Shown here one piece after another: positions 1 to 13,624 of a stretch of 64,000 nucleotides of DNA. Below the pieces are notes generated by a model. The model did not search any database and had not been told where the DNA came from. It worked only from the letters and a program-made list of their open reading frames with translations. The stretch is from Anaeramoeba ignava BMAN (Eukaryota; Protista; Anaeramoebae), in assembly GCA_028826165.1 (NCBI GenBank), contig JAPDFW010000125.1, positions 124,001 to 188,000 on the forward strand. The letters run 5' to 3'. Each line of letters begins with the position of its first letter. The stretch's first letter is position 1. The translations under genes were made by a program, and so were the position numbers.

Positions 1-3000
1 TCTTCATCAGTAAAAGTGTCAATATTTTCATGGAAAATTAATGGAGAATTTTCTTGTGAATTTTGCGGGTTATTTTCTGGGAGATCAATAACCATCACTT
101 CATCGGGAGACAAACCCATTGACTCGGCAAGACGGATCTTTTCAAGTTGGAAATTTTCAAGTATTGATTTTAATGTTGCGGATCGAAAGGCTTGCAACCA
201 AATGTCAGTTGTTTCTTGGCTATTTGATCCGATAATAAAACTTCCAACGGAAGAAATAATTTTGATTGCATAAGGAGGATTGTTTCCAAATGCCTTTTCT
301 GGATATGCTTCTGCGAAAACCGAGATCATTGGGATTTCGTACTGGACTTCGAATGAAGACTCTTTTGTCGGTTTGCAGACGAGAAGATAGTCATTGAAAA
401 GAAAAAGGTATTTTGGGGAAAATAACGGATTTGGAATTCCGATTGGATTCTCGGTTGAATTGGCAATTGCTGAACGAGTTTTGTGAAGTTTTTTGGAGTA
501 CAATTTGGCAACCATTCTCTTTGTTGTTCTTTCTGTTACCATTTCCATGTCTGACTGAGAAACTAAGTTCTGGGGTTGAAGGGATGACAAAGATGATGCT
601 TTCAATTGAATAGGGTCTGAGGAGAGCTGGAAAACACCGTGGATATAAGACAAGCAGTAATGGTTTCTAAGAAAGTTCTCATTTTTTGGGGGACTATTTG
701 GATAGTCTTTAAATTTGATGAATGAAAGTAAATAATCAATTGCAACGGAAGGACCGAGTTCGTTTATGTTGAGAACGGAAAGTGTTCCTTCCATCAAGAA
801 TCTGCGCAAGGGTTTTGCGGTAAGATCAAATGTGCCGTGAGAAAGCATGCCTTGGATGTTCTGTATTTTGACTGCGTCTTCTTGAGCGCGTTTTGAATCC
901 TTGATTTCCTCGGTGATTTTCTTCACAAAACGAAATGCTCTTTGTGATTGAGCAAAATCAGGATGAGTCTTTGGCGTTGTTTTCGCAACTTCCTCCATAA
1001 GCACTGGATACATCCCGACATGTTTGACTGGTTCGAGAAGAAGATTTGTGAGAGTCATCCTGTTCATTCGAGGATCCTCCGCAATTGATCTCATAAAAGA
1101 CGCAAAGACGCTATTTTTTGCGCATTTGGCGATCATTTTTTGAGACTCTTCAAAATGCAAGTGATATGGGATGTATTGTCGTAAGTTCGGCGCAAATTCC
1201 CAGATGATATTCGAGATGCCTTTTGTCGAATTCCATTTCTTAAGATGCTCCTCGAGATCCTTAACAAGAACAGCGCTGAGCTCGAGAATATCACCAACAC
1301 CTCGAAAAATCACCTCCATTTCATTAGGTTTCAAGATCTGCTGTTTGCTTATTGGGGCAATTATGAAGTCGATTAGACTCTTCATGATCTGTGCGTATTT
1401 TTTCTCGTTTTCAAATAATTTTTGGATCGCCGAAAGTCGTTTAAATTCCGTTTTGAGAACTGAATAACATGTTGACTTGTTTTTTTTTGCAAGAACATGT
1501 AAAAATTCCCCGTCTTTTTTCGCCATTACATCTGCACCAGCAATCATCAAACTCTTGCACATTGCCGCATTTCCTGACATCACGGCTTCATATAACGGAA
1601 AGTTCATCTGGTTATTTGGGATATTTGGGTCTGCATCATGCTCAAGAAGTTTTTGAACCAAATTTTCATTTGAAGTTCTTATTGCGTAATGCAGATGAGT
1701 ATCACCGTTCTTGTCTCTCAGATTGAGTGTGTATCCTTGATCGCACAAACTCTCAACCTCGGGGATATTCTGCGAAAGCACCGCGTTAAGAAGCGGTGAT
1801 TGTGATCCAGCCTGAAAAAGCATTTCGGCGATCTCATTGAATCCAGAACTGACAGCTGTCATAAAAGGAGTTTTCAAATGGGAATCTTTGATTGTCAAGT
1901 CTGCTTTGTTTTCGACTAGAATTTCTGCACAAGACGCTCGACCGTTGGCACATGCCAAATGTAATGGAGTTTGTTTTTCCGAATTCTGCCTATTCAAATC
2001 TACTTTCTTACTCACAAGAAAACTGACTTCTTCCGCTCGTCCTTTTCTTGCTGAGATATGCAATGCTGTGTTTCCTTGTCTGTCCTGAAGCTCCAAATCG
2101 CTGTTGCACTTGGCGATCCAAATGAGAAAATCTACGCTCTCGAATTCTGCAGCGTAATGAACAGGATATCTCCCTTTATCATCCTTTATATTGAAGTCAA
2201 TTCCATTGTCATATAGTATTTGAGCACAGTCGATTGTATTATTGCATTGGATACACAAGTGCAGAACAGGTATTCCGCTGCCAGATTTTCCGAGATCAAC
2301 ATCCTTTGTATCCAATAGTTTCTTCAGAATCTCCGGTTGGTCTTCTGAAATTGCATAATGAACTGCGCTATCGCCATTTGAATCGCGTGTTTTAACGTTC
2401 GCCTTTTTTTCCAAAAGCATTTCCAAAATTGCAAGATTATGTGATTGGATTGCGTACATTAAATACGTTCTTCCTTTGTCATCGCAAGCCTCGATATCAA
2501 GTATTTCGTGTTTTCTTGGCGCAAGAAAAGCGGTTATTATATTCCGTTTTTTCTGTTCAATTGCGATATGAAGTGGAGTTTTATTCATTGAATTTTTAAT
2601 ATTTGGATTTGCTCCTGAATTCAGTAAAATTTCAACAATTTCTGAGTTTTCCGATTGTGCGCATAAATGAAGTGCTGTTAATCCTTGATTGTTTTTCTGG
2701 TTCAAATCCAATGATAGTTTTCCTAGAAGTCGCTTTGCGACCTCAAATTGGTTGCAATTTATTGCGTGATGAAGTGCTGTGTTTCCTTGTTTGTCTGTTT
2801 CAAGTGCATCGACTTTTTTTGATAGAAGAAGATCGATTATTTCGTTTTTTGCCTCACAAATTGCGGTAAATAAAGGAGGAAGTCCTGTTTTGTCAGGCAT
2901 ATTAGGATCAGCTCCTTTTGTTAAAAGAATAGCGACCATATCTTTATTTGATTTATGGATTGCTAAATGGAGTGCTTTATTTCCTTCGAAGTCAGTTTCT

Positions 3001-6000
3001 TTTAATTTTCATTTTAATTTTGATTTTAATTTTGATTTTGATTTTGATTTTAAAATGAATTTTGATTTTGATTTTGATTTTAATTTTAATTTTGATTTCA
3101 ATTTTAAATTTGATTTTAATTTTGATTTTCATTTTAAAATGAATTTTGATTTTAATTTTAATTTTCATTTTAAAATGAATTTGAATTTTGATTTTAATTT
3201 TGATTTTAATTTTGATTTTAATTTTAATTTTGATTTTAATTTTAATTTTGATTTTGATTTTAAAATGAATTTTGATTTTAATTTTAATTGAAATTAATTT
3301 TCATTCCTTACCATTAATCATTTTACTTATTTCTTGTTTAATCTTCTTTTTCCCAAGAAATTTCTTTAATTTCTTTTTATTTCCAAGTTTAATCAATTCA
3401 TGAACTTGATTTTTTTCTGCATTATTTTTCAAAAGAAGTGCAATATCCTGTCGATTTTTTTCTTGTGCAATTAAAAAAGGAGTTTTTCCATTATTATCCA
3501 TAATATTACGTTTAGCTCCAAATTTAATAAGCATTTCAACAATTTTGAAATGACCAGAATCACAAGCAAAATGTAAAGCTGTTCTTTGATTTTTTGAAAG
3601 TTCATCTACATTTACTTTTTGATCAATTAATTCTGCAAGCATATCTACATATCCTAATAATGCAACAAGATGTATTGGAAGTAATCCTTCTCGATTAAAT
3701 TGAAATCTTGCATTCACACTTTGAATTATTTGTTTAAATGCACTTAACCGTTTATTTTCAATTGCAATGTGAATAGCATAATTTTCATCTTTATCCTTCA
3801 TATCAACAAGCATTTTATCACTCATTATAAGATTGTATATTGATTTTGCTGAGTCTCCATATGCTGCCCAATGAAGAGCAGTCCTTAACAAAACAAAATT
3901 ATACAATTTAATATTCAATTCAAATAAAAATATTTAATTCAAATCAATTCAATTCAATTCAATTTAATTTAATTTAATATTCAATTCAATTCAATTCAAT
4001 TTAATTTAATATTCAATTCAATTAAAAATATTTAATTCAATTTAATATTTAATTCAATTTAATTTAATTCAATATTTAATTTAATATTCAATTCAAATAA
4101 AAATATTTAATTCAATTCAATTCAATTCAATATTCAATTCAATTCAATTCAATTCAATTCAATTCAATTCAATTCAATTCAATATTCAATATTCAATTCA
4201 ATTCAATTCAATTCAATTCAATTCAATATTCAATTCAATTCAATTCAATTCAATTCAATTCAATTCAATATTCAATTCAATTTAATATTCAATTCAATTT
4301 AATATTCAATTCAATATTCAATATTTAATATTTAATTCAATTTAATATTCAATTCAATATTCAATTCAATTCAGTATTCAATTCAATTCAATTCAATTCA
4401 GTATTCAATTCAATTTAATATTCAATATTTAATTTAATATTTAATTTAATTCAATTTAATATTCAATTCAATTCAATATTTAATATTCAATATTTAATTT
4501 AATATTTAATTTAATATTCAATTCAATTCAATTCAATTCAATTCAATTCAATTTAATTCAATTCAATATTTAATATTCAATATTTAATTTAATATTCAAT
4601 TTAATTCAATTTAATTTAATATTCAATTCAATTCAATTTAATATTCAATTTAATATTCAATTTAATTCAATATTCAATTCAATTCAATTTAATATTCAAT
4701 ATATTCAATATTCAATTCCAATATTCAATTTCAATATTCAATTCAATTTATTATTCAATTCAATTTCAATTCAATTCAATTATGTTTTTATTCAATATTT
4801 AATTTCAATATTCAATTCAATTTAATTCAATATTCAATTCAATATTTAACATTTAATATTCAATATTTAATATTCAATTTAATATTCAATTCAATATTCA
4901 ATTCAATTTAATATTTAATATTTAATATTCAATTCAATTCAATATTCAATATTTAATATTCTTTGAATTCAATATTTAATATTCAATTCAATTCAATTCA
5001 ATTCAATATTCAATTCAATTCAATTCAATTCAATTCGATTCAATATTTAAATTATTCAATTCAATTATTTAATATTTAATATTTAATTTTAATATTTTAA
5101 TTTAATATATTTAATTTAATATTCAATTCAATTCAATTCAATTCAATTCAATTTAATTCAATTCAATTCAATATTCAATTCAATTCAATTCAATTCAATT
5201 CAATTCAATTCAATTCAATTCAATTTAATTCAATTCAATTCAATTCAATATTCAATTTAATATTCAATTTAATTTAATATTCAATATTCAATTCAATATT
5301 CAATTTAATATTCAATTCAATATTCAATTCAATTCAATTTAATTTATTCAAATTTAATATTCAATTCAATTCAATATTCAATTCAATTCAATATTTAATA
5401 TTTAATATTTATTTAATATTTAATTCCAATATTTAATTTAATTTAATTTATTTAATATTCAATTCAATTCAATTCAATTCAATATTCAATTTAATATTCA
5501 ATTCAATTCAATATTTAATTCAATTCAATTTAATTCAATATTCAATTTAATATTCAATTTAATTTAATATTCAATTTAATTCAATTTAATATTCAATTTA
5601 ATTTAATATTCAATTCAATTCAATTTAATATTCAATTCAATTTAATATTCAATTTAATATTCAATATTCAATTCAATTCAATTTAATTCAATTTAATATT
5701 CAATTCAATTTAATTTAATATTCAATTTAATATTTAATTTAATTCAATTTAATATTCAATTTAATTCAATATTTAATATTTAATATTTAATTTCAAATAA
5801 ATGAATTGTTTACCATCCATTTTCATCGACAATTCGTGGATTTGCTTGCTTTGAAATTAATAAACTAACTAAATTTGATTTATTAAGTGAACAAGAGTAT
5901 TGAAGTGGGGTCAATCCTGTTTCTTTATCTTTAATTTCTAAATTCATCCCCTTTTCAATTAGTAATTTTGCAAGTTGATAATCATCATTTTTAATTGCCA

Positions 6001-6145
6001 GATGTAAAGCAGATTTCCCTTTTTCAGAAAGTACATTAATATCAACAGTTGAATCTTTATCATTTAAAATCTCTTCAACTGTAACATGATCTTTTAAACT
6101 ACAATAATGAAGAAAACTTGAAGTTCTTTCAATTCTACGAGCCAT
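1..6145 (-). CDS. Ankyrin-repeat + DH (RhoGEF) + PH domain protein; 3' end runs off the window; introns 3884..5813 and 2999..3311
   Basis: ORFs 5810..6145 and 3301..3918 are ankyrin repeats joined by GT-AG introns (NGW|TALH; MIN-E|TDFEGNKALHL). The last exon appears open from 2998 to the window edge. It reads LTNLLLEPVKHVGMYPVLMEEVAKTTPKTHPDF (DH) and YLFLFNDYLLVCK...TDIWLQAF (PH). Confidence 0.85.
3884..5813. repeat. Intronic satellite (AATTC/AATATTC/AATTT)n
   Basis: About 1.9 kb of degenerate pentamer/heptamer repeats between GT and AG on the minus strand. Confidence 0.9.
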
Positions 6146-6305
6146 TAATAATAAAAATTTAAAAAAAGAAAATAAAAGAAAAAAGAAAAAAGAAAAAAGA
6201 AAAAAATGAAATTAAAAATCAAAAATTGGAAAAAAATTTTTTTTCATTTTTTTCTTTTATTAATTTTTCAAAATTATTCAAAACACCAACTTATTCAAAT
6301 TAAAA

Positions 6306-9300
6306 ATGTTTTCTGTTCAAAATTTTTTCCTCTTTTTTTTCATTTTATCTTTTTTTCATTTAAACATTGGTTTTTGTTCAAACAGTTTTACATTCACTGG
6401 AAATTATATTGATGTTATTTTAGAAGAAGTTTATCCGGCAACGGTTGTTGTTCAAAATGGAAAAATATCTCAAATTACTCGTTTAACTCAAAATGATTCG
6501 AATTTTTCTTACGATTATATTGCTCCTGGTTATGTTGATTCTCATATTCATGTTGAATCTTCTCTTCTTCCTCCTGCTGAATTTGCAAGATTAGCTGTTC
6601 AACATGGTGTTGTTAGTACTGTTTCAGATCCTCATGAAATTGGTATTTAAATTTATAAATAATTTTATAATTAATTTTATAATTAATTTTATAATTAATT
6701 TTATAATTAATTTTATAATTAATTTTATAATTAATTTTATAATTAATTTTATAATTAATTTTATAAATAATTTTATATTTAATTTTATAAATAATTTTAT
6801 AAATAATTTTATAATTAATTTTATAAATAATTTTATAAATAATTTTATAAATAATTTTATAATTAATTTTATATTTAATTTTATAAATAATTTTATAAAT
6901 AATTTTATAAATAATTTTATAAATAATTTTATATTTAATTTTATAAATAATTTTATAAATAATTTTATAATTAATTTTATATTTAATTTTATAAATAATT
7001 TTATAAATAATTTTATAAATAATTTTATAAATAATTTTATAAATAATTTTATAATTAATTTAATAAATAATTTTATAAATAATTTTATAAATAATTTTAT
7101 AATTAATTTTATAAATAATTTTATATATAATTTTATATTTAATTTTTATAAATAATTTTATAATTAATTTTATAAATAATTTTATAAATAATTTTATAAA
7201 TAATTTTATAATTAATTTTATATATAATTTTATAAATAATTTTATAAATAATTTTATAAATAATTTTATAATTAATTTTTATATATAATTTTATAAATAA
7301 TTTTATAAATAATTTTATAAATAATTTTATAAATAATTTTATAAATAATTTAATAAATAATTTTATAAATAATTTAATAAATAATTTTATAAATAATTTT
7401 ATATTTAATTTTATAATTAATTTTATAAATAATTTTATAAATAATTTTATAAATAATTATATAATTAATTTTATAAATAATTTTATAAATAATTTTATAA
7501 ATAATTTTATAAATAATTTTATAAATAATTTTATAAATAATTTTATAAATAATTTTATATTTAATTTTATAATTAATTTTATAAATAATTTTATAAATAA
7601 TTTTATAAATAATTTTATAAATAATTTTATATTTAATTTTATATTTAATTTTATAAATAATTTTATAAATAATTTTTATAAATAATTTTATATTTAATTT
7701 AATAAATAATTTTATATTTAATTTTATAAATAATTTTATTAATAATTTTATAAATAATTTTATATTTAATTTAATAAATAATTTTATAAATAATTTTATA
7801 AATAATTTTATATTTAATTTTATAAATAATTTTATATTTAATTTTATAAATAATTTTATAAATAATTTTATAAATAATTTTATATTTAATTTTATAAATA
7901 ATTTTATATTTAATTTTATATATAATTTTATAAATAATTTTTATAAATAATTTTATAAATAATTTTATATTTAATTTTTATATTTAATTTTATAAATAAT
8001 TTTATAAATAATTTTATTATTAATTTTATAAATAATTTTATAAATAATTTTATAAATAATTTTATAAATAATTTTATAAATAATTTTATATTTAATTTTT
8101 ATAAATAATTTTATATTTAATTTTATAAATAATTTTTATAAATAATTTTATAAATAATTTTATAAATAATTTTATAAATAATTTTATAAATAATTTTATA
8201 ATTAATTTTATAAATAATTTTATAAATAATTTTATAAATAATTTTATAAATAATTTTATAATTAATTTTATAAATAATTTTATAAATAATTTTATAAATA
8301 ATTTTATATTTAATTTTTATAAATAATTTAATAAATAATTTTATAAATAATTTTATATTTAATTTTATAAATAATTTTATAATTAATTTTATAAATAATT
8401 TAATATTTAATTTTATATTTAATTTTATATTTAATTTTTATTAATAATTTTATAAATAATTATATATTTAATTTTATAAATAATTTTATATTTAATTTTA
8501 TAAATAATTTTATAAATAATTTTATAAATAATTTTATAAATAATTTTTATATATAATTTTATATTTAATTTTATAAATAATTTTATAAATAATTTTATAA
8601 ATAATTTTATATTTAATTTTATAAATAATTTTATATTTAATTTAATAAATAATTTTATAAATAATTTTATTAATAATTTTATAATTAATTTTATAAATAA
8701 TTTTATATTTAATTTTATAAATAATTTTATATTTAATTTTATAAATAATTTTATATTTAATTTTTATAAATAATTTTATATATAATTTTATATTTAATTT
8801 TATAAATAATTTTATAAATAATTTTATAAATAATTTTATAAATAATTTTATAAATAATTTTATATATAATTTTATATTTAAATTTATAATTAATTTTATA
8901 AATAATTTTATAAATAATTTTATAAATAATTTTATAAATAATTTTATAAATAATTTTATAAATAATTTTATAAATAATTTTATAAATAATTTTATAAATA
9001 ATTTTATAAATAATTTTATATTTAATTTTATAAATAATTTAAGCAAATGTTCTTGGAATTCCTGGAGTTGAATTTATGATTAATAGTTCTAATCGTGTTC
9101 TTTTTTATTTTGATTTTGGTGCTTCTCCTTGTGTTCCTGCATCAAGTTTTGAAACTTCTGGTGCAACTTTATCTACTGAAGATATTGATACTTTATTTCA
9201 AAATTATTCTTTAACTTATCTTGTAAAAGAATATATTTTTCTTTTAAATTATTTTTAAATTATAAATCGAATGTATTTAAGATTATTTTGTTATTATATA

Positions 9301-10952
9301 TATTTTATTAAATAATTTTAGTCTGAAGTAATGAATTATCCAGGAGTTATTAACGATGATCCAATAGTAATGTCAAAAATTAGTGTTGCTAAAAGTTATA
9401 ATTGTACATATTAAAATTTAAAATTAAAATTAATTTTGAAATTAAAATTCATTTTGAAATTAAAATTCATTTTGAAATTAAAATTCATTTTGAAATTAAA
9501 ATTCATTTTGAAATTAAAATTCATTTTGAAATTAAAATTCATTTTGAAATTAAAATTCATTTTGAAATTAAAATTCATTTTGAAATTAAAATTCATTTTG
9601 AAATTGAAATTAAAATTATAATTAAAATTAAAATTGAAATTAAAATTAAAATTCATTTTGAAATTTCATTTTGAAATTAAAATTATAATTAAAATTAAAA
9701 TTAAAATTAAAATTCATTTTGAAATTAAAATTCATTTTGAAATTAAAATTAAAATTGAAATTCATTTTGAAATTCATTTATAAAAGATTCAATCGATGGA
9801 CACGCACCAGGACTTACAGGAAATGATGCAATAAAATATATTTCAGCAGGAATAACAACCGATCACGAATCAACAACACTAGCAGAAGCAACATTCAAAA
9901 TTGAACACGGAATGGAAATACTAATTCGAGAAGGATCAGCAGCAAAAAATTTTGCAGCTTTAGAATCATTAATTGAAACAAATCCACATTTAGTAATGCT
10001 TTGTACGGATGACAGACACCCAAACGATTTAATTGACAGCTACATTGACGAATTAGTTCAAAGAGCAGTTTTTACATATCAACATAATCTTATGAACGTA
10101 ATAAAAGCAGCAACTTACAATCCAGTCACTCATTATAAATTGCAAAATTCACTATTGCAAATTGGCGAGAATGCTGATATGATCATTTTGGATCAGGATT
10201 TGAAAGTCAAACAAACATATATTCAAGGAAATCTTGTTTATGATGGAGAAAATACATTATTTCCACATTCACCAGAACCAAATGTTCCAAATAATTTCAG
10301 TGTTGGATCAAAACAAGTATCAGATTTTGCACTTGTTTTGCCTCAAAATTGTTCTTCTGTTCGAGTTATTGTTGCGCAAAATCAAGAAATTGAAACTGAC
10401 AACATAAACGTTTCTGTATCAAATTTCACTTTTGATAACAATTCAAATTTGGAACCAAATGAAGAACAAGATTATCTTAAAATTGCTGTTATTAACCGAT
10501 ACACAAACGAATCTGTTCCAATTTCCATTGGAATCATCCACAATTTCGGACTTAAAAACTGCGCAATTGCAAGTTCTGTTGCTCATGATTCACACAATAT
10601 AATTGTAGTTGGAACTTCAGATGAATTACTAAATTCTGCTGTGAATGAAATTATCAATAATAAAGGCGGACTCTCTCTTGCGCAATTGGATCAAGATCAG
10701 AATATTACTGTCACTATTCTTCCTTTGGAGATTGCAGGCATAATGTCAAATCAAGATGGGTTTTCTGTTGCTCAACAGTATGCAAATCTTGATGCTTTAG
10801 CGAAACAATGTGGTTCTCAATTGGATGCTCCTTTTATGACACTTTCTTTTATGGCGTTATCTGTTGTCCCTAATTTGAAAATTACAGATCTTGGTTTAGT
10901 TGATAGTGAAAATTTTGTTTTTGTTGATATTTGTTCTGAATTCAATAATTAA
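6306..10952 (+). CDS. ade: Adenine deaminase (bacterial Ade/AdeC type amidohydrolase) with N-terminal signal peptide; introns 6643..9043, 9223..9321, 9404..9786
   Basis: Spliced product contains PGYVDSHIHVESS, DPHEIANVLG, SEVMNYPGV, DGHAPGL, TDHE, REGSAAKN, CTDDRHP, ASSVAHDSHN and PFMTLSFMALSV, all characteristic AdeC motifs. All three introns restore frame. Confidence 0.93.
6643..9043. repeat. Intronic 12-mer satellite (ATAAATAATTTT)n
   Basis: 2.4 kb of essentially pure A/T running up to the acceptor AG. Confidence 0.92.
9404..9786. repeat. Intronic 18-mer repeat (GAAATTAAAATTCATTTT)n
   Basis: Direct inspection; fills intron 3 of ade. Confidence 0.85.
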
Positions 10953-11064
10953 TACTTTCTTTTCTTTTGTTTTGTTTTCTTTTGTTTTTTTCAAAATCGG
11001 AAAAAATTTTTTCAAATTAATTTTTTTTCATTTTTTTCTTTTCTTTTTTTTTCTTTTTTAAATT

Positions 11065-13412
11065 ATGACTCATGCTATTTGTTTAAAAAATGCTGAATCT
11101 TTTAAAAATTTATTTATTCAAACTCTTCCTATTATTCCTTTTAATTTCGTTTTGAAACTTTCAAATAAATTTGATAAAAAAATTTTCAAACTTAAAAAAA
11201 ATTTATTAAAATCTCAATCAAAAATTTTAAATGGACAATTTGTTTTCCAGGAAAAATTCAGATTAAATTATTCTCGAATAGGAGATATTTATATTATTAC
11301 ATTTACTTATATTTACGATAATATTTTCCATTCAAATCAAATAATTTCAGAAACAAAAAAGTATTTTAAATTTTAAATTCAAAATTGAATTAAAAATTAA
11401 AAATTCAATTTAAAAATTTTTTTATCAAAAGTTTGTTATTAGCCTTATTTAAAATTCCAGAATTACAAGAATCACAACTTTTGAAAAAATCTTCAGTTAT
11501 AGAACTTTCTTTAGAAAGAATTCTTCATGGAGAAGAAACAACATCTTTAATTAACCATAAAATTTTAGATTCATCACCTCCAAAATTTATTGTAAATTTG
11601 AATTTAAATTTAAATTAATTTTAAATTTTAAAATTGAAAAATCAAATTTTCTTCTTTAATGAAAAGCAAACACCCAATCCTGAAACACAAATCCATACCA
11701 TATCAAAATACGACTGGTCAATCCGCAAAAAACCATCAGATAAAGAAGTATTCCAACGTGATATTCTATCATCAACACGTTTTACCTCAAGAATACACAA
11801 ACAAAAAGAAAAAATTGATGATAATATAAATTCATTCTTGTGAGTCAAATATAATAAACACTGCTCACCAAAAACACATCTATTAATCCATATCTTTTTA
11901 ATTCACGCACCCAAAAATAGTTTCCAAGAACCAAATTTCGTTCCAGAAAAAAGAACAGAATCGATAGAAACTGAAACTGAAACAGTTTTAGTCACATCAC
12001 ATTCACAACTAAAATCGGATCAATCATTTGAAAGCACTATTTCTGGATTTCCAGATGACATCGATGCATTTGATCCGTTCCAAACAGAGAAGAAAGCGCC
12101 TCAATCAACAAAATCAGTTGTGCAAATCAAAAAACCCGAAACCAAAATAAAACCATTTTTATCGCTAAAACCACCTATTAAGAAAAACAACGACAATAAA
12201 CCTAACAAAGACGCGCAATTCCAAACCTTCAAAGATTCCTCCTTGCAAAATTTCGGGAACGCCTTTGATTCGAACGATTCCATTACCGATTTCAGACAAA
12301 CAAAATTTTCGATATCAACACCAACATCTGAAAATGCACTTAAAGATTCAAAAAATTCAGCTAAAAATACATCATCTCTTACAGAACCCGAATCGCTCCC
12401 TGAAACGGAGACAGAAACAGAAACTCATCCAAAAGCACAGGATCAAAACCAGAAGCATTCTTTAAAGGAAGACGAAAATGAACGAGAAAAAAATATCGAA
12501 ATTTTAAAACAAAAAACAACACAAAATTTGCAATCACAAAACACAACATCGGCGAATTTTTCCTTCCCGACCCCACAACACTCTGCCTTTGCCACACCGA
12601 TCCACTCTCCTTTTTCATCACCAACATTTTCACCGTCTTTGTCCCCATCGCAGTCATTTGATTCGTTTGTGGATCTCAAGCAAGAAGACTTGAAATTCCC
12701 GACTCAGTTGATTCTGTCACAAAATGAGACCATCAACTCGTTTTTCCGGGACACCGAATTAGTGAAATCCAGAATTCTCGGGACTCTATCCATTCAGCTC
12801 GGAAAAACTATGGTTAAGAATTTGGAAACGTTGCCTAAATGCACGATCCAAATGATGGACAGTGACAAAATCGATGGAATCATTCTGAACAATTCATTTC
12901 TTCAGCAAAGTCCTGACAACCCAAACTCTTACATATTATCAAAACTATCTCATCTAAAGCACCCAGTAGTTGTAATGAAATACTCATTGAAAAGAGATGT
13001 CAGATTTGATCCAGTGATGGCAAAAGCTTCGTACAAATCGCAAAACAATATCCTTGATATTGCTGTTCGTTTTAAAGTTCATCCAATTGTGGATGAAGCC
13101 AGTTTGATTCTCCAAATAAAAGGCAATGTCAAAAGGAGATCCACAAAGCCTCAAGGATTGTGGAATGAAAACGGGCAAAAATTAATGTGGAAACTTAATA
13201 TTCCTCAACAAAATCTTCAAACTTATTATTCTCGTTTTGAAGTTGAAGAAATTACAAAACAACCTCCTTTTTTGGCTAAATTTTCTGCTCATGATTTTAG
13301 TATTTCTGGTATTTCTTTTGAATTGGTTCAATCTCCTTCTTATCAAATTAAAGAACATCAAAAAACTTTAAATTCGGGAAAATATCTTTTTTCTTCTTCT
13401 TCAAATCTTTAA
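11065..13412 (+). CDS. TSET/TPLATE complex medium subunit TCUP/TML-like (longin-like N-terminus, low-complexity linker, mu-homology domain); introns 11361..11431, 11592..11666, 11840..11920
   Basis: N-terminus (HAICLKNAESFKNLFIQT; IYIITFT..DNIFHSNQII) resembles plant TML. The linker has a DPF motif. The C-terminus is a muniscin-type MHD (NETINSFFRDTELVKSRILGTL; KPQGLWNENGQKLMWKL; SISGISFEL; LNSGKY). Confidence 0.7.
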
Positions 13413-13624
13413 AAATTAAAAATACAAAATTAACAAACAAAATCAACAATTTTTTTTTTTTTTTTTGGAATTTTTTGAGTGAATTTAATTTATTAATTCA
13501 ATTAAAAAGATGTAAATCCATTGAAAAAGAAATTGGATAAACTTTTTTTGAATGAATTAAAAAGAGATGTAATTTAGTTCAATTCTATTTGAATCTATTC
13601 CAAATGCAATTTTTTTTAATTCAA

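Noticed and set aside
16-2869. Short plus-strand ORFs
   Set aside because: Antisense to the long RhoGEF exon, which the track omits because its stop lies outside the window.
6604-9674. Repeat ORFs such as INNF, KLFI, EIKIHF (and similar FNFN, INYF, EIYL, ILIL ORFs elsewhere)
   Set aside because: These are chance stop-free frames of 6/12/18-mer intronic or intergenic satellites, bounded by GT-AG sites that restore the host gene frame.
6306-10952. Bacterial contamination
   Set aside because: The gene has spliceosomal introns, host-like base composition and the host promoter motif, and lies between eukaryotic genes.
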